Source: a candidate division WOR-3 bacterium (GTDB lineage: Bacteria > Hydrothermota > UBA3073). From it: 33,435 bases of DNA. Made by a program: the position numbers and the translations under genes. The stretch is taken from assembly GCA_034722095.1 (NCBI GenBank), contig JAYENM010000339.1, positions 1-33,435 of the forward strand, given 5' to 3'. Below the pieces are notes generated by a model. The model was not told the DNA's origin and did no database searches. It was given only the letters and a program-made list of their open reading frames with translations. This document shows positions 7,840 to 16,842 of this stretch, in pieces (the stretch's first letter is position 1; every line of letters begins with the position of its first letter).

Positions 7840-7862
7840 GCACAAATTGAATTTGTGCCTAC
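7840..7862 (-). repeat. REP-like element (right half of an inverted doublet)
   Basis: gcacaaattgaatttgtgcctac on the plus strand, which is GTAGGCACAAATT..AATTTGTGC on the minus strand. Identical to 9987-10009. Confidence 0.8.
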
Positions 7863-7917
7863 AATCTCAATGACCTAATAACTCAATAACTTTAACATAT
7901 CTGTTTAATCAGTTGAT

Positions 7918-9453
7918 ATGGTAGCAGGTGTAAATTCTGAAGCAGTTCTGGGAATAAATGCATACCTTGTTCTGGTAGAGGTTGACCTTGCAAGGGGTGT
8001 TCCTACATTTTCAACCGTCGGTCTGCCAGATGCAGCGGTGAAAGAGTCAAAAGACAGGGTAGGGACTGCTATAAAGAACTCAGGGTTTGAAGTCCCACTG
8101 AAGAGAATAACCGTGAACCTTGCCCCTGCGGATATGAAGAAAGAAGGTTCTGGATTTGATCTTCCTATCGCCCTTGGCATTCTCGCTGCAAATGGTACCG
8201 TAAAGAAGGATAAACTCGAAGAAACCATAATAGCAGGAGAACTCTCTCTTGATGGCACACTGAGGGGGATACGAGGTGCGCTTCCCATAGCTCTTTCCTG
8301 CAAGGAGAATAACTTCACAAAGATGCTTCTGCCAGAGGAAAATGCAAGAGAGGCAGCCATAACTCAGGATATCAATGTCTATCCAGTAAAGTCACTGAGG
8401 GAAGCTGTTCAATTCTTGAACGATGAAATAGAGATCCAACCCTGCCGGGTAAACCTTGACGAGGTGTGGGAACAGGCATCGCAGTATATAGAGGACTTCT
8501 CGGATGTAAAAGGGCAAGAAGGTGCAAAACGTGCCCTTGAAGTTGCTGCAGCTGGAGGACACAATCTGCTGATGATTGGCCCACCCGGTTCTGGTAAGAC
8601 AATGCTCGCAAGGAGACTGCCTACAATATTACCAGAGCTCACACTTTCAGAGGCACTTGAGACAACAAAGATACACTCGGTTGTGGGACTTCTTGGGGGG
8701 AAAGCAATAGTTGCTACAAGGCCATTCAGAAGCCCACATCATACAGTATCAGATGCAGGTCTCATTGGCGGTGGACAGCACCCAAGACCGGGAGAGGTCT
8801 CGTTGGCACACAATGGTGTACTTTTCCTTGACGAACTACCTGAATTCAACAAGAATGTACTGGAGGTTATGAGACAGCCGATAGAGGATGAAAAAGTCAC
8901 GATATCAAGGGCAGCTATATCACTGACATTCCCATCGAGGTTTATGCTCGTGGCTGCAATGAACCCCTGTCCTTGTGGGTATTTTGGAGATCCACACCAC
9001 AACTGCACCTGCACGCCGGGAATGATTCAAAAGTATGTTTCAAAGATATCGGGACCGCTTCTGGACAGGATAGATATACACATAGAGGTACCAGCCCTCA
9101 CATACGATGAGCTTAAAGAACGTTCATCTGGAGAGAAAAGTGTGGTGATAAGGGAGAGGGTTAATAAGGCGAGAAAGAGGCAACTTGAAAGATATAAGGA
9201 TAGAAAAGGTATGTATTGTAATGCACAACTCGCATCGAAGGATACTAGAAGGTATTGTGAGATTGATGCTTCCTGTGATGAACTCCTGCGGGCGGCGATA
9301 TCAAAGTTTGGTTTATCTGCAAGGGCGTATGATAGAATCCTTAAAGTATCGCGAACAATAGCGGATATAGAGGATTCCCCAAATATACAACCACCCCACA
9401 TCTCTGAGGCAATTCAGTATAGAACTCTTGATAGGAAATATTGGATGGTGTAG
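7918..9453 (+). CDS. comM: YifB/ComM family Mg-chelatase-like AAA+ ATPase
   Basis: 511-aa ORF. N-terminal Lon-protease-like domain ([15 protein letters not shown]), Walker A GPPGSGKT, Walker [12 protein letters not shown]-terminal Mg-chelatase subunit-like domain. Confidence 0.9.
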   Translation: MVAGVNSEAVLGINAYLVLVEVDLARGVPTFSTVGLPDAAVKESKDRVGTAIKNSGFEVPLKRITVNLAPADMKKEGSGFDLPIALGILAANGTVKKDKLEETIIAGELSLDGTLRGIRGALPIALSCKENNFTKMLLPEENAREAAITQDINVYPVKSLREAVQFLNDEIEIQPCRVNLDEVWEQASQYIEDFSDVKGQEGAKRALEVAAAGGHNLLMIGPPGSGKTMLARRLPTILPELTLSEALETTKIHSVVGLLGGKAIVATRPFRSPHHTVSDAGLIGGGQHPRPGEVSLAHNGVLFLDELPEFNKNVLEVMRQPIEDEKVTISRAAISLTFPSRFMLVAAMNPCPCGYFGDPHHNCTCTPGMIQKYVSKISGPLLDRIDIHIEVPALTYDELKERSSGEKSVVIRERVNKARKRQLERYKDRKGMYCNAQLASKDTRRYCEIDASCDELLRAAISKFGLSARAYDRILKVSRTIADIEDSPNIQPPHISEAIQYRTLDRKYWMV

Positions 9454-9598
9454 GTATTAAGATAGTTATTTCTATTTTTCAGCTCATAGGAGTCTGTGAC
9501 CTGACCTCATCACCCCAACTCTGTCAGATATAAACGAGTTAGGCGAGATATGACCGAATGCCAGATTCGTAAAATACTTGTGCAAAAGGGAAATAGAT

Positions 9599-9829
9599 AT
9601 GAGCGATGATAAGTATGAGAAGATAGTTACTCTTAATAACGAAGTGGAAGCAAGGTTATTAGAGTCTATATTGCGGGAAAGCAATATTCCGTGTTTCTTG
9701 AAGTCGTACCATGATTCTATGTATGATGGATTATGGCAAAGTCGGATGGGTTGGGGGCATGTCGAAGCACCTTCCGAATACAAAGAAGAGATATTGAGAC
9801 TGTACAAAAATATGAGGAATGCAAAGTAG
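9599..9829 (+). CDS. small hypothetical protein, DUF2007-like (putative signal-transducing fold)
   Basis: The track ORF is 9578..9829. The ATG at 9599 has AAAGGG 8 nt upstream. The 76-aa product (MSDDKYEKIVTLNNEVEARLLESILRESNIPCF...) resembles the DUF2007 pattern from memory only. It overlaps an antisense ORF that looks non-coding. Confidence 0.45.
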   Translation: MSDDKYEKIVTLNNEVEARLLESILRESNIPCFLKSYHDSMYDGLWQSRMGWGHVEAPSEYKEEILRLYKNMRNAK

Positions 9830-9837
9830 GTTAGAAA

Positions 9838-9864
9838 TTGGAGTCGGGTCTTTAATTTTAAATA
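9838..9864 (-). repeat. 27-nt repeat, inverted copy
   Basis: tggagtcgggtctttaattttaaatat matches the reverse complement of 10119-10145 at 23 of 27 positions. Confidence 0.75.
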
Positions 9865-9897
9865 TTAGCTTCTTACTGCCAACCAACCTCTTTTTAT

Positions 9898-9926
9898 ATT
9901 ATACAATCAATTCCATCTAAAGTCAA
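9898..9926 (-). promoter_or_regulatory. consensus sigma70-like promoter on the minus strand (TTGACT-N17-TATAAT)
   Basis: The reverse complement of 9898-9926 reads TTGACTttagatggaattgattgTATAAT. The -35 element is 9921-9926, the -10 element is 9898-9903, and the spacer is exactly 17 nt. No obvious downstream gene. The sequence context is AT-rich. Confidence 0.3.
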
Positions 9927-9986
9927 GAAAAGAAATAAAAAGAGCAGAGCTTAGCGTCTGCCTGTCCATACGGATCCTTCGGACTG

Positions 9987-10009
9987 GCACAAATTGAATT
10001 TGTGCCTAC
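9987..10009 (-). repeat. REP-like element
   Basis: 23 nt identical to 7840-7862. Confidence 0.8.
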
Positions 10010-10118
10010 AAAATAGTATCCAACTCGGGTTATTCCAATGCCTCAATTATGTCAAAACCGGCGGAAGGACTGATAGCGGATAAACCTGTCCCAAAAGAAC
10101 GGGTTGAAGCGGTGATAA

Positions 10119-10145
10119 AAATTTAAAATTAAAGACCTGACCCCC
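10119..10145 (+). repeat. 27-nt repeat, direct copy upstream of the beta-lactamase-fold gene
   Basis: aaatttaaaattaaagacctgaccccc. Confidence 0.85.
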
Positions 10146-10177
10146 ACGAGCGGAGGGATAGGGGGAGGATAACAAAG

Positions 10178-11101
10178 ATGGTCACTAATATTTTATCTAT
10201 TACTACATTATTCATCTTGGTTGGGTGTGAGTCTACGGAGACTAAATTAGATAAAGTGTTACAAAGACAGATTGAAACTGCTGTAGAGAGTTTTCATGGC
10301 GATGTTGGTATTTATGTTCGTCATCTCTCAAAAAACATCACAGCTGGCATTAATGAAAATGACCTCTTTCCTACAGCTAGTATGATAAAAGTACCCATCC
10401 TGGTCAAGATATTTGATAAAATTGAAAAAGGTGAATTGACCATAGACAGCAGGGTCATTTATTATAAAGATTCCATTAATTATCCCTGGAAAGGTGACGA
10501 TGCCATTTCACGATTTAAAGATGGAGAAGATATTAGTATTGGCAAGCTTATGGCACATATGATCACCTTTAGTGATAACCATGCCGGTATCTGGCTTCAG
10601 GAATTGGCTGGGTCAGGGACTGAAATTAATGAATGGTTAAATCAAGAGGGTTTTCGTTCCACGCGAGTTAACTCAAGGACTACGGGTAGAGAAGATGATT
10701 ATGAGCGATATGGGTGGGGACAGACGACACCAAGAGAAACGGCAGAATTATTGGTTATGATAAGAGAGGGAAGGGCAGTGTCAAAACGAGCGAGTGATGA
10801 TATGTTCCGTCATCTAACCCGAATATACTGGGATGGGAATGCCCTTTCTCAAATTCCGCCTACTATTCAAGTAGCATCTAAGCAAGGGGCACTTGACCAG
10901 TCAAGATCCGAGGTAGTAATTGTTAATGCGCCACATGGTGATTATGTATTCTGTATCATAACAAAAAATCAAAAAGATACGAGTTGGGTGATATCTAACG
11001 AAGGTTCTGTATTAATTAGAAATATATCAAATCTACTCTGGAATTATTTTGAACCAGACTTTGGATGGGAACAAGAAATTGGTATAGAAGAATATTGGTG
11101 A
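10178..11101 (+). CDS. class-A beta-lactamase-fold serine hydrolase, predicted lipoprotein
   Basis: 307-aa ORF. Signal peptide with lipobox LVGC. SxxK (SMIK), SDN and a KTG-variant (KQG) motif in the order expected for the class A beta-lactamase / PF13354-type fold. GGGGGAGGA SD upstream. Confidence 0.8.
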   Translation: MVTNILSITTLFILVGCESTETKLDKVLQRQIETAVESFHGDVGIYVRHLSKNITAGINENDLFPTASMIKVPILVKIFDKIEKGELTIDSRVIYYKDSINYPWKGDDAISRFKDGEDISIGKLMAHMITFSDNHAGIWLQELAGSGTEINEWLNQEGFRSTRVNSRTTGREDDYERYGWGQTTPRETAELLVMIREGRAVSKRASDDMFRHLTRIYWDGNALSQIPPTIQVASKQGALDQSRSEVVIVNAPHGDYVFCIITKNQKDTSWVISNEGSVLIRNISNLLWNYFEPDFGWEQEIGIEEYW

Positions 11102-11166
11102 TTATTCGGCCCGAAGGGATTGAGGGAAGTACAGAGGTGTGAGAAGAGAGATTGAAGAACTGCTTG

Positions 11167-11193
11167 AAATTTAAAATAAAAGACCTGACCCCC
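11167..11193 (+). repeat. 27-nt repeat, direct copy downstream of the beta-lactamase-fold gene
   Basis: aaatttaaaataaaagacctgaccccc matches 10119-10145 at 26 of 27 positions. Confidence 0.85.
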
Positions 11194-11199
11194 GGTGCT

Positions 11200-13155
11200 A
11201 TGAGAAAATATGCCATAATTTTACTATCCCTGCTTTTTCTTACCTGTTTTAATCCGCATCCGCAGGCTCCTGAATGGGACATAGATATAACCATCCCCCT
11301 CGTTAAAGAGCGGTATCCAGTCATAAACATTGTAGATACTCTCAATCCAAATATTGGAATACAGGTTGGTGAGGATTCCATCATGCAACTTTATCTGGAG
11401 ATAGATATAGATACCTTCACTGTTGAAGATTCGCTGTATTTGGAAGATATGGATACTCTTATATCAAGAAGAATTGGAGATGCGTGGATAAGTAACCTTG
11501 GTATAACTAATGTTTCTGTATCTGTTAGGGAGATAGCTGAGGGTATAGGAATTGGACCCCCTGACACCCCATACGTAGTCCCCTTTATTCCACCTTTTTC
11601 ATACACATCATCATTAAAGTCCGGCACATTTGATATGGTAGATTCTATCTGTTTTACTGTTGTATGCCTTTCAGTGCGTTTTGTCAACCAGACAGAAGTG
11701 AGTTTTGATTCTGTAAGCTTTATACCTGTGAGTGGCCTGGAGATAGATCCCATTATCTTTACTCAACTCTCCAGCAATTCACTCATAGATACAACGTTGT
11801 ACATAGAAAACGCTGTAATTAAGGGGGGTATTCAGGCCCGACTGGGCTTCGCTACAGTAGATACGCTCTTTGGAGTTCTTCTTTCTCCGGACGATTCTGT
11901 TTTCGTTTCTTTGGTTCTTGATTCTGTAAAGATAGGAAGCGGTAGGATTAAAATTCCCTCTTTTAGAGATTCAATAGATTACGAGTTTAATTTCCCCTTT
12001 TTCTCTGATTATTCCTTCGACCTGGACAGCGTAGTATTTTCACGGGGGAGCTTATATCTCAATATAGATAACGGTCTGCCAATTGGAGGGAGATTGACTG
12101 CTGATATTGAACAGCTGGATGCCTCGTTTGTAGTTTCATTATCGCCTTATACAACATCCACAGAAGAGTTGAGCCTTACCGATATGACCTATGATAATAC
12201 AGGTTCTCCTGTCGGGAGCACGCTCCTATCTATGAAACTGATAATGGCTTTAGACTCCTCCTGTGGTTTTGTTGACATTACTGCCAATGATAACATCGCA
12301 GTAGGGGTTAATCTTGAGGTGCCGGATTACAGTTTGATCGCCGGGGAGATAGTCGAACCAATCACCTATCCAATTGATTACAACCTGGAAGTTCCTGTAG
12401 AATATGGTGATATTGGTTGCGTCAGGCTTGCAGAATCTCGCCTGTATGTGGATATATGGAATACCATAGGTTTTGCATCCAGTATAATTGGTAACATTAC
12501 CGGCAAAAATTCATATTCTGACTCTGTGTCTATTCCATTCTCATTATTAGTGGATCCCGGAACTCCTTCTTTACCACCAGCACACAGTGAATTCTCCTGT
12601 AATCTTGCACCCATTTTAGATATTTTACCTGAGGAGATTGTCATCTCCGGAGATGTTTCACTTGAGGCGGGAAAGGGGGTTTTGGAAAAGACTTCTTATA
12701 TTACTGGCAGTGTTCGTAATGAGACTCCTTTCAGAGTAGCATTTACACAGGATACAATCTATTTTGATACTTCTGAAGTAGAGATGAGTAAGGATTTGAC
12801 AGATGCTCTCTCAAATTTACAGTCAGTAAATCTGCAAGTTGATGTGCGAAATCATTTTCCTCTCGGACTGGACTGCGATATTGTAGTAATGAAGTATTCT
12901 CCAGAAGTGGATTCTTTAGTAAAAAGGATAACCATACCCCCAGCGCCTTGTGACCAGAACGGAGTGGCAATATCCCCGAGGATTGCTACCATAGAAATAG
13001 CTCTGGATTCGCTTGAGTTTGATATACTTCAAAATCCTCCATTTTCAACATTTGCCATTCTCTATATCCCGGAAACCGATACGATAGCGGTTCACGCAAG
13101 GGACTATCTTGAGTTTGATGCATATTGTGTGATTGGAGTGAGAATAAGAGAATGA
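11200..13155 (+). CDS. large secreted or surface protein of unknown function (possible lipoprotein)
   Basis: The track ORF starts at TTG 11152. The ATG at 11200 gives MRKYAIILLSLLFLTC, a signal peptide with Cys16 (non-canonical lipobox FLTC). Beta-rich, D/S/I-rich sequence with recurring LYxxIxNxxPxG-like segments. I recognised no family. The start codon is uncertain. Confidence 0.65.
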   Translation: MRKYAIILLSLLFLTCFNPHPQAPEWDIDITIPLVKERYPVINIVDTLNPNIGIQVGEDSIMQLYLEIDIDTFTVEDSLYLEDMDTLISRRIGDAWISNLGITNVSVSVREIAEGIGIGPPDTPYVVPFIPPFSYTSSLKSGTFDMVDSICFTVVCLSVRFVNQTEVSFDSVSFIPVSGLEIDPIIFTQLSSNSLIDTTLYIENAVIKGGIQARLGFATVDTLFGVLLSPDDSVFVSLVLDSVKIGSGRIKIPSFRDSIDYEFNFPFFSDYSFDLDSVVFSRGSLYLNIDNGLPIGGRLTADIEQLDASFVVSLSPYTTSTEELSLTDMTYDNTGSPVGSTLLSMKLIMALDSSCGFVDITANDNIAVGVNLEVPDYSLIAGEIVEPITYPIDYNLEVPVEYGDIGCVRLAESRLYVDIWNTIGFASSIIGNITGKNSYSDSVSIPFSLLVDPGTPSLPPAHSEFSCNLAPILDILPEEIVISGDVSLEAGKGVLEKTSYITGSVRNETPFRVAFTQDTIYFDTSEVEMSKDLTDALSNLQSVNLQVDVRNHFPLGLDCDIVVMKYSPEVDSLVKRITIPPAPCDQNGVAISPRIATIEIALDSLEFDILQNPPFSTFAILYIPETDTIAVHARDYLEFDAYCVIGVRIRE

Positions 13156-14357
13156 TACATCTTCTTATACTATTCCAGATTTTGGGTCTGTGGGCAAACA
13201 ATGCAAACTATCTTGTGCTCTCAGGCACAAATACGGTGTTCTCCAGAGGTGTGGATGCTATACTCTATAATCCTGCTAATCTCTCTCTGGACAAGGGCTT
13301 CTCAATGAGGGTAATATCCCCATCTTTTGGGGTCTTTAACACTTCCTTTTCTCTCTCTAAATATAATTACTATAGCAGTGGTGTCTTCCTGGAGGAGGCA
13401 GATAAGAAGGAGATCATGAATTCCATACCGAATACAGGACTTGCACTATTAGTAAACACAAATATCACCGGGTTTGAATTTTCCAGTGGTGGATTTGCTT
13501 TCTCGGCCAGAGCCCTGGGTTTCGGCAAAGTGACAATACCCAAGATCTTCTTTGACCTGATATTGTGGGGCAATGAATTAGACAGAGTTTATCAATTTGA
13601 AAGGATGGATGAGGCGGCAGTTGCTTTTCTTTCGTTTACTTCTTCCTATGGTAGGATGTTAGGTATAAACGGAAGGAATCTCTCATTAGGTGGTGGCGTC
13701 AGATACATTTACGGACTCTACACTGCTTATATAAGCGAAGCGAATTTGTATCTACTTACATCGAAGTATGCGCTCAACGGGGATGGGTTTTTGAAATACT
13801 GCACTGGGCAAGGAGGTGGAGGATTTGCCTTTGATTTTGGACTTTGTACAGAGATTTCAGATGTAGCAAGGGTCGGTTTCAGTCTTTTGAATGTCAATAC
13901 AGGTATAAACTGGTTATCAAACACACACGAAGGGTGGCTTAGTATAAGGATTGATTCACTCAATCTCAGCAACACGGAGGATGTGATTACATCCAGCGAT
14001 TCTTCCTATACCAGAGGTCCTTTTAAAACCTCTCTCCCTGCATATCTAATGCTTGCATTTGAATACGATAAGGGAAATTTGCAATGCGGAGTGGGCTATG
14101 AACAGGCGATAAATGAAACGCCCATATCATCAAGAAAACCTCAGTTGTCCCTTGCGGTGAAGTATAACTTTGGAACATGGTTTGTGCCGATGGCTGGGAT
14201 GGCAATTGGTGGGGAAGAAGGATTTTTAGTAGGTATAGGTTCCTGTTTCGCTATAAAAAAGGTGGGATTGAACTTTGGTATACAGAATGTGGGAACTCCG
14301 TTTTATGGTATACGAGGACTAAAACTGGGAGTAGATATAGGATATAAGATACTATAA
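13152..14357 (+). CDS. putative outer-membrane beta-barrel protein (PorV/PorQ/UPF0164-like, divergent)
   Basis: The track ORF starts at 13125. The ATG at 13152 overlaps the upstream stop (ATGA) and gives the signal-like MIHLLILFQILGLWA. It has an N-terminal GVDAILYNPANL motif, and its alternating aromatic/Gly-rich strands are typical of beta-barrels. Confidence 0.55.
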   Translation: MIHLLILFQILGLWANNANYLVLSGTNTVFSRGVDAILYNPANLSLDKGFSMRVISPSFGVFNTSFSLSKYNYYSSGVFLEEADKKEIMNSIPNTGLALLVNTNITGFEFSSGGFAFSARALGFGKVTIPKIFFDLILWGNELDRVYQFERMDEAAVAFLSFTSSYGRMLGINGRNLSLGGGVRYIYGLYTAYISEANLYLLTSKYALNGDGFLKYCTGQGGGGFAFDFGLCTEISDVARVGFSLLNVNTGINWLSNTHEGWLSIRIDSLNLSNTEDVITSSDSSYTRGPFKTSLPAYLMLAFEYDKGNLQCGVGYEQAINETPISSRKPQLSLAVKYNFGTWFVPMAGMAIGGEEGFLVGIGSCFAIKKVGLNFGIQNVGTPFYGIRGLKLGVDIGYKIL

Positions 14358-14374
14358 AATTGAAAGGAACACAA

Positions 14375-15271
14375 TCAGAATTCTACACTACCTGAAAGTC
14401 TTGAATTTGTCCCAAGTTGTGGATGATAACTCTGCCCGTAGTCTACAGTAAGACTACCCAGCTTGATCCCGGCACCGAAACTCATATCACCCTTATCCCA
14501 TCCAACCCTCACTGCGAATCTGTCCTTATAGACATACTCTACCCCTATATGTGGATCGCTCTTTATGGCGTCGAGTTTGGTGATTTTGTTTTCAATATTT
14601 GTATCCAGCCCGCCTGCTAATATAAATTTGCCTGAGAATCTCTCTGCGGGAACTTCATAAGATATTCCCATCTTGAGCAGTGGAACAATGAATTCCTTTG
14701 TGCCTGCATTCCAGAAGAGGAGCGTTGTTGTCAGGTTCTCTATATACAATCCGACTGAGAATGGATAAAAATTATATAATACGCCTCCATCTATACCAAA
14801 CCCATATGCACTGCCCTCTTGCCATCTTCTGTATATCGTCTTGACATTTGCACCAAGGTATAGGCAGGAGGTAGTGACCTCGCCAAACTTTACTTTTTTA
14901 CCATAAGTAAAATATAATACCCAATCATCCACATTTGCAGTATCTAAAGCAACAGAGTCATTGGTGAATATTATGTCTGGATAACCTACCTGATAGAGCG
15001 CAAGCCCTAAGCCCTGCATTTTATCCGACATTGCAGAAGATACAGCATTATAGTTGATTATTCCGCCAAAACTCTCTGAATGGAAGAGGAAAATCTGTTT
15101 TCCTTCCTCTCGCACAATACAGGCTGGATTCCAGAACGGGGATTCTGAAATTCTTGCCAGGGTAACATACGCACCTCCCATAGCCTGCGCCCTTCCACTA
15201 ACAGGAAGATCTAAAAATTCACCCGCGTATTTCGCGCCGAATGATACGAGAAATGAAAGAAGGAGAAACAT
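14375..15271 (-). CDS. PorV/PorQ (UPF0164)-like outer-membrane beta-barrel protein
   Basis: 298-aa ORF. Short signal peptide, SGRAQAMGGAYV...WNPA motif characteristic of this OMP family, C-terminal Phe (…SGSVEF). Confidence 0.6.
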   Translation of the reverse strand: MFLLLSFLVSFGAKYAGEFLDLPVSGRAQAMGGAYVTLARISESPFWNPACIVREEGKQIFLFHSESFGGIINYNAVSSAMSDKMQGLGLALYQVGYPDIIFTNDSVALDTANVDDWVLYFTYGKKVKFGEVTTSCLYLGANVKTIYRRWQEGSAYGFGIDGGVLYNFYPFSVGLYIENLTTTLLFWNAGTKEFIVPLLKMGISYEVPAERFSGKFILAGGLDTNIENKITKLDAIKSDPHIGVEYVYKDRFAVRVGWDKGDMSFGAGIKLGSLTVDYGQSYHPQLGTNSRLSGSVEF

Positions 15272-15298
15272 ATCAAGCCGATTTTGAAGGTTAGAAAT

Positions 15299-15823
15299 TT
15301 AGGGTGAGTAACCAAGACCAATATCAAGAATCTCGAGATTGGATTTCTCTGTCCCCTTTGGAACCCTGTTCTTGACAGCCTTTTTAATAGCATTATTACT
15401 TACTATTTTTGTAATCCTCACAAATGCCCCAAGCGCTGCTATATTTGTCCCTATCTCTCTTCCGGTCTTATCTCTTACCGTTTCAGAAAAGGGAATAAGG
15501 TAGACATTTTTGTGCTCGAAGGTCTTCACATAGAATAGATCCGCTATAAGGATTCCGTCCTTTTTTAACCTGTGCTTGTACCTGTCGTATCCTTCTTGCG
15601 AGAGAGCTATCATACAATCCGCTGATGTAATCTTTGGATAGTCTATCTCTTGGTCAGATATGACAATCTCAGAGACTGTTACCTCGCCTCTTGCGGCTGC
15701 GCCGTATCTTTCAGAATTGGCAACATTCCTGCCGTCGTATATGCCTGCTGCCTCTGTAAGTATATATCCTCCAAGGATTATACCCTGCCCACCACTTCCA
15801 ACACAGATAATCTCTTTACGCAT
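15299..15823 (-). CDS. 2-oxoacid:ferredoxin oxidoreductase gamma subunit
   Basis: 174-aa ORF. N-terminal IICVGSGGQGIILGG motif typical of gamma subunits. Follows the beta subunit gene. Confidence 0.9.
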   Translation of the reverse strand: MRKEIICVGSGGQGIILGGYILTEAAGIYDGRNVANSERYGAAARGEVTVSEIVISDQEIDYPKITSADCMIALSQEGYDRYKHRLKKDGILIADLFYVKTFEHKNVYLIPFSETVRDKTGREIGTNIAALGAFVRITKIVSNNAIKKAVKNRVPKGTEKSNLEILDIGLGYSP

Positions 15824-15965
15824 ACCCTATACGAAAATTAAAAATCAAAATGCAAAAATCAAAAAGGTATTTAGTTTGCTGGTTTGTTAGTTTGTTAAAA
15901 TCAAACCAACTATCAGCCTAACCAACTATCCAACCAACCAACTACTTCAGCCTTTTGGTATTCTA

Positions 15966-16793
15966 TCAGGATCTAATGCTCTTTGCCTTTTCTACAATCT
16001 CTTTCTCATATAACTCTGTGTACTCAGGTCTTAACACATTTAGAAATTCGCCTGTAAGTATCTTTTCGCCTATCTCTTCTTTCGTCTTGCCCTTTACCGC
16101 GCTTATACCAATCGTATTTTCTTTGAGCCACATAAAATTCTCAACAGGCGTTCTCATCTTATTTCTCCTTCCGTACGCAGTAGGGCAGGTAGAAAGCACA
16201 TCAACAACCGAAAATCCTTTGTGGAGAAGTGCTTTCTTTAGCAGTTTATCAAGTGCTGGCACATGGTATACGGTTCCCCTTGCAACATAGGACGCACCAC
16301 AACCTATTGCGAGTTCAACTATATCAAATGGAGGCTCTACAGCCCCATAAGGAGCGGTCGAGGCAAAGCTACCACGAGGAGTCGTCGGAGAAGCCTGTCC
16401 CCCTGTCATTCCGTAGATGTAGTTGTTACAAATGATGGCTGTGATATCTATATTTCTTCTTGCTGTGTGTATGAAGTGATTTCCACCTATTGCCACCGCA
16501 TCTCCATCCCCCATAACAACTATAACCTTTAGAGAAGGATTTGCAAGTTTTATGCCGGTTGCGAATGTGAGTGCCCTTCCATGCGTGGTATGGAGTGTAT
16601 GACAGTCAACATACCCGGGCATTCTCCCGCAGCACCCGATTCCCGAAATCATACACACTTCGTCCTTCTTCCATCCAATACTATCTACTGCTCGGAGAAT
16701 GGATGCAAGGGCTATCCCATGCCCACACCCGGAGCACCATATAAACGGAAGTTTTTTCTTTCTTATGTAATTAATCGCAATCTCAGTCTTCAT
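15966..16793 (-). CDS. 2-oxoacid:ferredoxin oxidoreductase beta (TPP-binding) subunit
   Basis: 275-aa ORF. WCSGCGHG near the N-terminus and a TPP-binding GDGDAVAIGGNH motif. Confidence 0.92.
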   Translation of the reverse strand: MKTEIAINYIRKKKLPFIWCSGCGHGIALASILRAVDSIGWKKDEVCMISGIGCCGRMPGYVDCHTLHTTHGRALTFATGIKLANPSLKVIVVMGDGDAVAIGGNHFIHTARRNIDITAIICNNYIYGMTGGQASPTTPRGSFASTAPYGAVEPPFDIVELAIGCGASYVARGTVYHVPALDKLLKKALLHKGFSVVDVLSTCPTAYGRRNKMRTPVENFMWLKENTIGISAVKGKTKEEIGEKILTGEFLNVLRPEYTELYEKEIVEKAKSIRS

Positions 16794-16842
16794 ACAATTC
16801 AGTTACAGAGCATATCAGAAGACCAGTGTATCGGTTCGACTG

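Noticed and set aside
9484-9807. 107-aa minus-strand ORF overlapping the DUF2007-like ORF, downstream of the minus-strand consensus promoter.
   Set aside because: The translation is Ser/Leu-rich and unstructured-looking, and there is no SD. The plus-strand ORF has an SD and a plausible domain pattern. The promoter itself is kept only as a low-confidence feature.
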